Shown here: piece by piece, positions 49,435 through 57,934 of the stretch
How the letters are laid out: each line of letters starts with the position of its first letter
How positions within the stretch are numbered: position 1 is the stretch's first letter
Assembly (NCBI GenBank): GCA_022729755.1
Contig: DZAZ01000003.1
Span: 565-64,564, forward strand
Direction: 5' to 3'
Source: Helicobacter cetorum
GTDB taxonomy: Bacteria; Campylobacterota; Campylobacteria; Campylobacterales; BB28
DNA: 64,000 bases
Notes under the pieces: generated by a model
What the model was told of the DNA's origin: nothing
What the model saw: the letters and a program-made list of their open reading frames with translations, nothing else
Databases searched by the model: none
Program-made: the position numbers and the translations under genes

Positions 49435-50058
49435 ATGACAATCTTTAAAATGATAGCTGATATGATGTTTAGCGATGATTTGACAAGCAATGAAGTAAAA
49501 GAGAGACTTGACCAAGAGTTCAACGGATATGGTTATATGAAAAGGGTTTATGGGGTTGAGCATATGCCTGAAATGGCGACAATTGTAAAGCTATCAATTA
49601 CTGACACTCTTACAAAAGCTTATAATAGATTAGCATTTGAGAGTTTTTTAGAAGAAGAAGTTAATAAAACAAAAAGATATAAAACACCTTTAACACTTGT
49701 CATTTTTGGGATTGATTATTTTAGAAAAATAAATAATGAACACGGTAGTTTAATAGGAAACTTTGTCTTAATAGAGTTGGCTGATTTGGTTAAAAAAGAG
49801 ATAAGAACTACGGATATGTTATTTCGTTGGAATGGAGATGAATTTTTAGTAATTGTTCCACATACTGATGTTGAAGGTGCTGAAATTATGATAGGAAAAT
49901 TAAAAGATAAAATTAAAAATTTCGATTTTAATACAATTGGAAATACTCTAAATTGCAGTTTTGCAAATGTTGAATATCAGCCAGAATTCACTACTCACGA
50001 CTTTGTTCAAAGTGCTGAAGCAGCTCTTCAAAAAGTAAAATTAATTAGAGGTAATTAA
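49435..50058 (+). CDS. Stand-alone cytoplasmic GGDEF-domain protein with degenerate active site (NGDEF)
   Basis: TDTLTKAYNRLAF, VIFGIDYFRKINNEHGSLIGNFVL, IRTTDMLFRWNGDEFLVIV. No TM and no recognisable N-terminal sensor domain (about 55 aa precede the domain). Confidence 0.75.
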   Translation: MTIFKMIADMMFSDDLTSNEVKERLDQEFNGYGYMKRVYGVEHMPEMATIVKLSITDTLTKAYNRLAFESFLEEEVNKTKRYKTPLTLVIFGIDYFRKINNEHGSLIGNFVLIELADLVKKEIRTTDMLFRWNGDEFLVIVPHTDVEGAEIMIGKLKDKIKNFDFNTIGNTLNCSFANVEYQPEFTTHDFVQSAEAALQKVKLIRGN

Positions 50059-50127
50059 AAAAACTTTTCTACTTATTTTTTCTACCTATTTAAAATTTTA
50101 AAATTTATTAAAACAAGGATTTTTAAT

Positions 50128-52122
50128 ATGAAAAGAAGTTTTATAGTTTCTATCTTATTATTAACTCATTTAATTGCAGAAGATGAAGCTTTATTTGATG
50201 CACTTGAAGAGGTAACAGAAATTGCTACAAAAACAAAGTTAAATTTAGATTATGTTCCTGGAACCGTAAGTGTAATTTATGGCAAAGATTTAAAAGCAAA
50301 AGGAATTACAAATTTAAATCAATTGAATGCCTATGATATGGTCATTGGGATGGAGTCAAGTGCATTAAGCTTACGAGGAGTAGGTGCAATGTATGGGGCT
50401 AATGGAAATAAAATAAAATGGCTCATTAATGGCAGAGTAATTGAGAGTGAACTTAGTTCTTGGGGTGTTGGTAGGCTTTTTATTCCAATTCCCATAGATT
50501 ATATAGAAAAAATAGAGTTTATAAGAGGAGCTGGTTCGGCTATTTATGGTGGAAATGCAATATTTGGAGTTATAAATATTATCACAAAAAAAGATACAAA
50601 TGCTTTTTTTGGAGGATATGAGTATTTAGGTGGAAGCAATAAAGCTAGAGAAATAGGAACTTATGGATATATCAAAGAGGGAGATTTATCGTTAAACTTA
50701 AATTTATCAAAATATTTAAGTGATGGATATGATTTATATGTTGGAACAAAAGGTCATTTTTATAATGATATTGACGGACAACAACATCCTGAATATAAAG
50801 ATGGAATGCTTGGTGCAAACTCAAAAGCACACAATATAATGCTTGATGCAAATTATAAAAATTATAACTTATGGATATATCATTTTGCAACAAAAATAGG
50901 GCAAGGTTATGTTGATTGGTATCCAACTGATTATCTTGCTCCAAATAATGGTAGCTATCACAAGGCTTCAATCTCTACATTATTGGGAGTAGAAAAAAAG
51001 TTTTATATAAATGATGATTTAACAATTAGCCCACAAATAGGAATGATTAAATATAAAAATCCTGTAAATAATTATGTTAAATTTCCCATTGGCTTTTGGG
51101 ATTTTGATGAGAATAAATATATTGATATGGATTATGAAGATGAGAAGAGTTATGGACAAATTGATTTAGATTATAAATTAAACTCTCATAGATTAAGCTC
51201 TGGAGTATTTTTTCAAAAAACAAAAGCTTTTAATGATAAACTTACAAGAAATTATCATATTGATAATCCAACCTCAAAAGAGTGGTATGAACGAACAATC
51301 TTAAAAACCCATAGAACACGAATACAAAAAGCTATTTATGTACAAGATATTTTTGATATAAATGATAAAATGACACTTACAACTGGCTTAAGATATGATA
51401 ATTTTAGTGATGTTGATAAAGCTTATTCACCAAGAATTGCGGGAGTTTATGCAATGAACGACTCAAATATTTTAAAAGCACAATTTTCAAAATCATTTAG
51501 ACCGCCATCTTTTTTTGAACTATATGGATATATGACTCCAAAACCATTAAAACCTGAAATTGTAGATACAATCGAACTTGCTTATATTTTTAAATCTGAT
51601 TATGGAACTTATAAAAGTACGATTTTTGACTCAAAAATGAATAATATGATTATTCAACACTACTACTCTTACTATTTTGAAAATTTAAAAAAAGATGCAA
51701 ATGTTAGAGGAGTTGAGCTTGAGTATGATTGGAAAAGTAAAAATTTTGAAATTGGTTTAAATGGTGCATTTTATGACACTCATAACAAAGAAACTTTTAA
51801 TAACTTTTCATTGAGTTCAAAATTTATGGGAAATGCTAATTTAAAATATATTCTCAAACAAGGTGAATATTTAAATCTTTGGTATCACTATATTTCAAAA
51901 AAACCTTTAATAGAAAATAGTTCTAATGGCTATTTGTCAGCTCAAGATTATGTAAATGCGACATATACTACAACTTTTAAAGATGTCGAATTAAACATTG
52001 GAGTAAAAAATTTATTTGATAAAGTTCAAGAGACTTTATATATGCCACTAAATCCAAAAAATAGCGAAGGTATCCCATATATTGGGCAAAGCTTTTGGGT
52101 AAATTTTAATTATAGCTTTTAG
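50128..52122 (+). CDS. TonB-dependent outer-membrane receptor (second copy)
   Basis: Signal peptide. Plug motifs LSLRGVG, INGRV, IEKIEFIRGAGSAIYGGNAIFGVINIITKKD. Barrel with FRPPSF and terminal NFNYSF. Confidence 0.8.
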   Translation: MKRSFIVSILLLTHLIAEDEALFDALEEVTEIATKTKLNLDYVPGTVSVIYGKDLKAKGITNLNQLNAYDMVIGMESSALSLRGVGAMYGANGNKIKWLINGRVIESELSSWGVGRLFIPIPIDYIEKIEFIRGAGSAIYGGNAIFGVINIITKKDTNAFFGGYEYLGGSNKAREIGTYGYIKEGDLSLNLNLSKYLSDGYDLYVGTKGHFYNDIDGQQHPEYKDGMLGANSKAHNIMLDANYKNYNLWIYHFATKIGQGYVDWYPTDYLAPNNGSYHKASISTLLGVEKKFYINDDLTISPQIGMIKYKNPVNNYVKFPIGFWDFDENKYIDMDYEDEKSYGQIDLDYKLNSHRLSSGVFFQKTKAFNDKLTRNYHIDNPTSKEWYERTILKTHRTRIQKAIYVQDIFDINDKMTLTTGLRYDNFSDVDKAYSPRIAGVYAMNDSNILKAQFSKSFRPPSFFELYGYMTPKPLKPEIVDTIELAYIFKSDYGTYKSTIFDSKMNNMIIQHYYSYYFENLKKDANVRGVELEYDWKSKNFEIGLNGAFYDTHNKETFNNFSLSSKFMGNANLKYILKQGEYLNLWYHYISKKPLIENSSNGYLSAQDYVNATYTTTFKDVELNIGVKNLFDKVQETLYMPLNPKNSEGIPYIGQSFWVNFNYSF

Positions 52123-52127
52123 CCAAA

Positions 52128-52667
52128 ATGAATATAAAAAAAATATTTATACTCAAGATATTAACCATAAATATGGCATTTAGTATGGTATTTGCAAATG
52201 AGTTAGTATCTCAAAGTAAAATATTTCCTCACTTTTTAACTTACGATAAAGATATAAAAGATAAAGTATTTGATAATTGTATAAATTTTGTAATAATTTA
52301 TGATAAATTTTCGCAAAATAGTGCAGAAAAATTAAAAGATTTGATACTAACAGAACACTCTAATAAATTAAATGATTATAATTTAAATGTGATTTTAAGC
52401 GATACACTAGAGAGTGAAGTATTAAAAAAAGCAAGTGCCGTATATCTATTTGATATAGATGATAATCTTATAAATGAAATCACAAACTTTACTATAAAAA
52501 ACCATATTATCACTTTTGCACTAAATTCAAATATGTTAAAAAAGAATATTACAATTTCACTTTTAATTGCAAAAAAAGTTCAACCAATTATAAATCTCAA
52601 AGTTTTAAAAGATTCAAACATCACACTTTCACACAAAATTTTTAAAGTTTGCAAAGTTTATGAATAA
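52128..52667 (+). CDS. Secreted protein, divergent YfiR/DUF4154-like candidate
   Basis: Signal-peptide-like N-terminus, and size and position equivalent to 3492-4025. Only a loose family-like pattern (IFPHFLTY..., HIITFALNSNMLKKNITISLLI...IINLKVLKDSNITLSHKIFKV). Starts 5 nt after the receptor stop. Confidence 0.4.
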   Translation: MNIKKIFILKILTINMAFSMVFANELVSQSKIFPHFLTYDKDIKDKVFDNCINFVIIYDKFSQNSAEKLKDLILTEHSNKLNDYNLNVILSDTLESEVLKKASAVYLFDIDDNLINEITNFTIKNHIITFALNSNMLKKNITISLLIAKKVQPIINLKVLKDSNITLSHKIFKVCKVYE

Positions 52668-52670
52668 AAC

Positions 52671-54359
52671 TTAAAGCAACATATTCAATTTATCTTCTAA
52701 CTTCTTTTGATTTAAATGTTCAGGCTTAATTAAAAAATTTTTATATTTCATATTCAAAACTCCAAGCTCAATTGCTTGTACTAAAATATCTTTTTTTGGT
52801 GCAGAAAATAGGAGTAAAAAATTAACCTCATCATCTTTTATTTTATACATTTTTTTGTATTTTTTAAAAAAATCTTTCACATCAAGTGTTCTCATCTCAT
52901 AATCAAGTATTACCAAATCTTGTTTTTTTATAGATTTATCCAAAAGTTTCAAAGGTGTCGTAAATCCACTCACTCTATAACCAGTCGTAATACTTTCAAT
53001 AATAGCTTTCATTTTTAGCATTTCATCCATATCGCTATGAATAATCGTAATTGTCTTATTATTTATGATTTTTAAATACTCCAAAAGTTCAAAAAGTTTT
53101 GCATTCTCTTCACTAATTTTATCTTTATCAACCGATTTTAAGTGATACTCTAAAAATGTTTGAGTACTAAAACCTCCCGTAATTCTTGATTTTTCAAAAA
53201 AGTTTCTAATAGGTTTTGAGTGTTTTGCCTTTTCCCACATTATCGTATCTAATTGATGACACTTTATATTTAATAAACTTAATAATTTTTTATCATAATC
53301 AACATAAACATTTTCAAATTTACCAACAAATTCATCATAATAAGCATCTCTAAAAGTTTTCAATCCATCATTTAATCCCAAAAGTTCTTCTTTGAAAATC
53401 GCTAAATTATGCATCAAATCGGCATAAATTTTATTATCACTTTTGTATTCATTAACTGTCGCTTCATAATCAGGTGCATTTTTTCTAAGTTCAGAAATAT
53501 ACTTTTTTTGAGATTGTAATTTTTCGTGCAAAAGTCTAATTTTTTTATTCGCAACATCAATAGTATATTTCAATTTTTCAGCTTTATCATAATAAAACAT
53601 ATAATCTTCTTGAAGATGTAAAAATATCTCTTCATAAGCTACACTCTTTGGACTTCCCATACTTTTGCTAAAGCCATCATAAATACTCTCAACTTTCAAA
53701 AGATTCTCTTTAGCATCGTTAAGATTTGATAGCCTAAGTGTATGGTCTATATCTATCAAATTATTATAAGCCGTCATCATAAATCGTTTCATTCGTTTGT
53801 AATCAAGCTGTTTTTTACCTTTTATCTCTTGTTCAGTATTTTTTAACTCTTTTGTATAAATATCCACATACTCTTCAATACAATCCTCAATCGATTTTTT
53901 CAAAACTATTTCGATTTTTTCAATCTCTTCAATCTCTTCTTCTTTTTCTAAATCTTCACTATTTATTTTTTCCATCTTTTCTTCTTTTTCTTTTATTTTT
54001 ACAAGTGAACTTAAAATATTTTTTAATTCACTTATTTTAAATGGTTTTGAAATTGCTCCAACAACTCCAAGATTTTTTAACTCATCTTCATCCATTGCTG
54101 AAACTTCAGTAGATATTAAAATAATATTTAATCTTTTATCTAAATTTTCCTTTTTTAATTCTATAATTAATTCTCTTCCATTCATAATAGGCATATTTAC
54201 ATCTAAAAACAGATAATTTATCTCTTCATTTTCTTTTATTAATTCTAAAGCTTCTTTGCCATTTTGAGCCTCTTTAATAGAAAAATCATCAATCTCTTGC
54301 AAAGTTTTTTGAAAGATTTTTCTCATTGTAGCACTATCATCTACAATTAATATACTCAT
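52671..54359 (-). CDS. REC - Glu/Lys-rich linker - unrecognised helical domain - second receiver-like domain protein
   Basis: N-terminal receiver ILIVDDSATMRK...LFLDVNMPIMNG...LISTE...ISKP. Linker EKEEKMEKINSEDLEKEEEIEEIEKIE. A central ~290 aa is paralogous to ORF 55367-56284. C-terminal receiver-like domain ITIIHSDMD...LVILDYEM...LLFSA...FLIKP. Confidence 0.7.
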   Translation of the reverse strand: MSILIVDDSATMRKIFQKTLQEIDDFSIKEAQNGKEALELIKENEEINYLFLDVNMPIMNGRELIIELKKENLDKRLNIILISTEVSAMDEDELKNLGVVGAISKPFKISELKNILSSLVKIKEKEEKMEKINSEDLEKEEEIEEIEKIEIVLKKSIEDCIEEYVDIYTKELKNTEQEIKGKKQLDYKRMKRFMMTAYNNLIDIDHTLRLSNLNDAKENLLKVESIYDGFSKSMGSPKSVAYEEIFLHLQEDYMFYYDKAEKLKYTIDVANKKIRLLHEKLQSQKKYISELRKNAPDYEATVNEYKSDNKIYADLMHNLAIFKEELLGLNDGLKTFRDAYYDEFVGKFENVYVDYDKKLLSLLNIKCHQLDTIMWEKAKHSKPIRNFFEKSRITGGFSTQTFLEYHLKSVDKDKISEENAKLFELLEYLKIINNKTITIIHSDMDEMLKMKAIIESITTGYRVSGFTTPLKLLDKSIKKQDLVILDYEMRTLDVKDFFKKYKKMYKIKDDEVNFLLLFSAPKKDILVQAIELGVLNMKYKNFLIKPEHLNQKKLEDKLNMLL

Positions 54360-54439
54360 TATATTTTCCTATAAATTTATTTTATAAGAAAAATTTTATC
54401 ATTTAAATTATTTATATCTTATAAAAATATAAATTTTAA

Positions 54440-54808
54440 TCATTTTAATAATTTATATCCAACTCCAGCAAATAAAATAGAGCCAAACACATTTAATAAA
54501 ATATTTAAAATTCCTAAAAAATAATTTGTTTTAAGTAGCAAAAAACTTTCAATTGCAAATGTTGAAAATGTAGTTAAACCACCAAGAATACCAGTGGTTA
54601 AAAATGATTTAATATTAGGAGCAATTTCAATTGTAGAAAAAAAAACAAATAAAACACCTATCAAAAAACTACCAATAAGATTAACCGATAAAGTGCCAAA
54701 TGGCAGTTCGTGTAAAAAAGTTTTATTTATAAGTATAGTTAAATAAGCCCTAAGCACAGCACCAATAAAACCGCCAATTCCTATTGCTAAAATTGTTTGT
54801 AAACTCAA
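54440..54808 (-). CDS. crcB: Fluoride ion channel CrcB (Fluc)
   Basis: TTG start. GIGGFIGAVLRAY, FGTLSVNLIGSFLIG, GILGGLTTFSTF. 122 aa, 4 TM. Confidence 0.9.
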   Translation of the reverse strand: MSLQTILAIGIGGFIGAVLRAYLTILINKTFLHELPFGTLSVNLIGSFLIGVLFVFFSTIEIAPNIKSFLTTGILGGLTTFSTFAIESFLLLKTNYFLGILNILLNVFGSILFAGVGYKLLK

Positions 54809-54810
54809 AA

Positions 54811-55374
54811 TTAACTTTTACCTTTGTTCTTTGCATCTAATTTTATAGTTAACTCTTTTGCAATATTTTTATATAACTCCATAAATGCAAGTGGATATTG
54901 TTTTGAAGTTTCGTGATTTAATTTAAATGAAATTGTCGTTGTACTATTTTTAGATGAAATAACTGAAGCAGTTCGTGGAGTTTGAAAAATAGCAGCAATT
55001 TCTCCAAAAACTTGCCCAGCTTTTAAATATCCAACAGTATTATTATTTACAACTATTTCACACTCTCCCATCAAAATAAAAAACATTTCTAAACAAGTGC
55101 TACCCTGTTCTACAATAACTTGACCTTGAGAATATTTTTGAAATTCCACATCATTTATAATGCTAATTAAACTCTTTTCAGAAATATTATCAAATATAGA
55201 AATTCTACTTTTTATTTGCAAAAGCTTTTTAAGTGCAACTGGTAAATTACCTGTTTCTTGTTGTATTTTTTCAACTTGAAGCCTCTTTTGAAATGCCTCC
55301 ATCTCTTTTAATAAAGAGATATCTTTTTCACTATACTCTATACAATATTTTGCATAAACATCTTTACTACTCAT
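54811..55374 (-). CDS. Stand-alone cyclic-nucleotide-binding (CAP/CNB-type) domain protein
   Basis: N-terminal ~60-aa helical region, then a CNB beta-barrel with a phosphate-binding cassette GQVFGEIAAIFQTPRTASVIS. No recognisable output domain. Confidence 0.75.
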   Translation of the reverse strand: MSSKDVYAKYCIEYSEKDISLLKEMEAFQKRLQVEKIQQETGNLPVALKKLLQIKSRISIFDNISEKSLISIINDVEFQKYSQGQVIVEQGSTCLEMFFILMGECEIVVNNNTVGYLKAGQVFGEIAAIFQTPRTASVISSKNSTTTISFKLNHETSKQYPLAFMELYKNIAKELTIKLDAKNKGKS

Positions 55375-56284
55375 TTAATTTACTCCATTCATCTAAACAC
55401 TCTTTTAGATATGCGTGCCAACCATCAGATTTTGATTGTCCAATATTTATATTTCGCAAATAGTACTCTATAAATGTTTTTGTACTATATTCACCCCTAA
55501 TTTGCGAACGGTCAAAAAAGTTTTTGATAGCTTGAGATTGTTTTGCTTTAAACCATAAAGTTTTATCAAGATAGTAAATTTTTACATTTATAACTTTTTC
55601 AAGGGAATTTATAAAATAATCCCTAACATGCTCAAATTGTGAATAAAACTCTTCAGCCGCATCTTCTTCTAATTTTATTAAAGCTCTATTTAATTTAACT
55701 AAAAGTTCTTTTGCATCAGCATAATTTGAAACCGCATCCACATATCTTTTTTTGAGTATTTTATGCTTTTTAAGTTGATTTTCATCTTTTGGTTGACCCA
55801 TTGCATTTATCTCATTTTCAGTAGCTTTTACTATCGTAAAATAACCGTTTTTTTGAGCCTCAACTCTTGTAACATCACTTACTAAATCCCTATAAGGTTT
55901 AATTTGTTCTAAAAAATCTCTTTTATAAATAATTTTCCCAATCTTTGTCTTTTTCACAAATTCAGTATAATATTCATATAAATTATTCATATCATTATAA
56001 ACTTTAATTAAAAAATCATCCAAAATTTCAGGGTCAAGAGATTTTAAATTATTTAGTGAAGTTGTAATAAATCGCATAAGTTTTACATAATTTATCTTTG
56101 GTTCACTCAAAGAGTGAGTTTCAATCATATTTAAATTAAAATCATTTATATAATCAACCTCTTTAAAATACTCTTTCATAAATTCTGCAACTAAAGCTTT
56201 AATTTCTTCTTTTTCTAATGTTTTAACCTCTTCGCTTTTTCTTTGTGCTAAAGTCTTTTTTACTTCAGGTTGTTTTTGCTCCAA
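55367..56284 (-). CDS. Protein made only of the unrecognised helical domain (paralog of the central region of 52671-54359)
   Basis: TTG start behind AAGGG. Collinear matches to the 562-aa protein: INYVKLMRFITTSLNNL vs LDYKRMKRFMMTAYNNL; YYLDKTLWFKAKQSQAIKNFFDRSQIRGEYSTKTFIEYYLRN vs HQLDTIMWEKAKHSKPIRNFFEKSRITGGFSTQTFLEYHLKS. Confidence 0.6.
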   Translation of the reverse strand: MEQKQPEVKKTLAQRKSEEVKTLEKEEIKALVAEFMKEYFKEVDYINDFNLNMIETHSLSEPKINYVKLMRFITTSLNNLKSLDPEILDDFLIKVYNDMNNLYEYYTEFVKKTKIGKIIYKRDFLEQIKPYRDLVSDVTRVEAQKNGYFTIVKATENEINAMGQPKDENQLKKHKILKKRYVDAVSNYADAKELLVKLNRALIKLEEDAAEEFYSQFEHVRDYFINSLEKVINVKIYYLDKTLWFKAKQSQAIKNFFDRSQIRGEYSTKTFIEYYLRNINIGQSKSDGWHAYLKECLDEWSKLNE

Positions 56285-56356
56285 TTCAAGCCCTTTATCG
56301 CTAAATAAAATAAATTATACATATCTTAAACTTAAATTAACTTATTTAAATTAAGT

Positions 56357-57928
56357 TTAATTGATTTCAATAGAAATATTGAAAATTGCCCCTATTCTCC
56401 TATCATTTTCATCATAATAATTTAGTGCTTCAATATCACCTCTAAAACTTCTTTGAATAATAGTTTTTGACATATAAAGCCCAACACCAGTACCTTTTCC
56501 TTCCTCTTTTGTAGTCACATAAGGTTCAAAAATTTTATTTAAAAGTTCATTATCAACTCCACCAGCCCTATCTTTAATAGAAATAGTTAATAATCTATTA
56601 ATTTTTTGTGTACTAATTTCAACTATTTTTTCAATACCAATCTTATCTTCATAAGCATCTCTTGCATTTGATAGAATATTTAATAAAACTTGTTCTAACT
56701 CATTTTTATAACCATTTATAATATAATTATCTTCAATTTCAATAATAAATTTTATCCCTCTACTTTCAAATTGAGGTTTTATAAGCTTTATAACTTCATC
56801 GATAACAACATTAAAATTAAACTTTTCTCTATCTTTATTTGGTTTAAAAAAATTCATAAAATCATTTATCGTTTCACTCATTTTTTGAGTTCTATAAAGA
56901 ATTGAGTCTATATTTTGCATTAGCGACTCATCATCTAATATTCCAAGTTCTTTTTTGATTTTAATATCACTTGAAGCAGCTGAAATAACTGTTAATGGTT
57001 GTCTCCATTGATGTGCTATCATACTCATCATTTCGCCCATTGCAGCCATTCTTGATTGATAAAATGCTAATTTTTCTTGTTGCATCTGTTTTTTAATACT
57101 TTTTTTAACTCTCTCTTCTAATTCAATATTTATCCTTTTTAACTCTTCATTTTTTTTATTTAATGAATTTTGATAAATATTTAAATTAAGCATAACTTCG
57201 CTTTTTACGATTAGCTCTTCAATTGAAAAAGGTCGTTGAATTAACACATTTACACCGTTTTTTAATATTTCAGCAACTTTATAAGTATCCAAAAAGGCTG
57301 AAGAAATACCGACAATAGGTAAATCTACAAAATCACTATTTTTTCTAATTTCATATAAGATATCTTCAGTTTTTAAATCTGGTAATTTTAAATTCAAAAT
57401 CACTAAATTAATATCAAAATGTCTAAGTTTATATAAACCCTCATTCGCATTTTCAGCATTTAAAACTTTATAATTTCTAAGCAAAAAAACATTTTCTATT
57501 AAATTTTTAATAAGCAAATTTTTTTCTATTAATAAAATTTTATAACTGCTATTTACCTCAAGTTTGCTAATTAAATAGATAATTTGCTTCACAATATAAT
57601 CAAGTGGATTATTCTTAGAAAAATAATCAAGTATTCCAATTTGAAAAAAATGCTCTCTAAGTTTCACATCATCATTTGAAGTTAAAATAATAACTTTTGT
57701 CGTCTTTTTTGGAATTTTAAATAGTAACTCTTTACCATTTCCATCAGGTAAAATTAAATCTAAAATTATAAAATCATAACTATTTTTAGATAATTTCTCT
57801 TTTGCTTGTTGTATATCAAAAGCCGAATCTACATTATAATTGTAATTGTGATTTTTCAGGGATTCACTTATAAAAGAGTTTACAGTTTTTGAATCATCAA
57901 CTACTAAAATAGATTTTTTTTCATTCAT
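56357..57928 (-). CDS. Soluble hybrid sensor: receiver + degenerate receiver + histidine kinase
   Basis: REC1 ILVVDDSKT...IILDLILPDGNG...ILTSN. REC2 lacks the acidic pair and phospho-Asp (ILLIEKN..., VILNLKLPD, IQRP). H-box MIAHQWRQPL, N-box LLNILSNARDA, G-boxes IKDRAGGV and GKGTGVGLYMSK. No TM. Confidence 0.85.
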   Translation of the reverse strand: MNEKKSILVVDDSKTVNSFISESLKNHNYNYNVDSAFDIQQAKEKLSKNSYDFIILDLILPDGNGKELLFKIPKKTTKVIILTSNDDVKLREHFFQIGILDYFSKNNPLDYIVKQIIYLISKLEVNSSYKILLIEKNLLIKNLIENVFLLRNYKVLNAENANEGLYKLRHFDINLVILNLKLPDLKTEDILYEIRKNSDFVDLPIVGISSAFLDTYKVAEILKNGVNVLIQRPFSIEELIVKSEVMLNLNIYQNSLNKKNEELKRINIELEERVKKSIKKQMQQEKLAFYQSRMAAMGEMMSMIAHQWRQPLTVISAASSDIKIKKELGILDDESLMQNIDSILYRTQKMSETINDFMNFFKPNKDREKFNFNVVIDEVIKLIKPQFESRGIKFIIEIEDNYIINGYKNELEQVLLNILSNARDAYEDKIGIEKIVEISTQKINRLLTISIKDRAGGVDNELLNKIFEPYVTTKEEGKGTGVGLYMSKTIIQRSFRGDIEALNYYDENDRRIGAIFNISIEIN

Positions 57929-57934
57929 TATTTT

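Noticed and set aside
50093-50106. Perfect 14-bp palindrome AAATTTTAAAATTT upstream of the second TonB-dependent receptor (possible Fur-type operator).
   Set aside because: It consists only of A/T in a very AT-rich intergenic region. It does not resemble the Fur-box consensus I know well enough to call it, and a chance occurrence is plausible.
54360-54439. Looked for a fluoride riboswitch or other structured RNA around crcB.
   Set aside because: The only spacer is downstream of crcB and is almost pure A/T with no pairing potential. Upstream of crcB there are just 2 nt. The absence itself is reported as a finding.
56326-56360. 10-bp inverted repeat TTAAACTTAA-(15 nt)-TTAAGTTTAA overlapping the stop of the kinase gene.
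   Set aside because: The stem has one G-C pair per arm and no adjacent U-tract, so it is too weak to call as a terminator or operator. It is mentioned only under the thrC-kinase finding.
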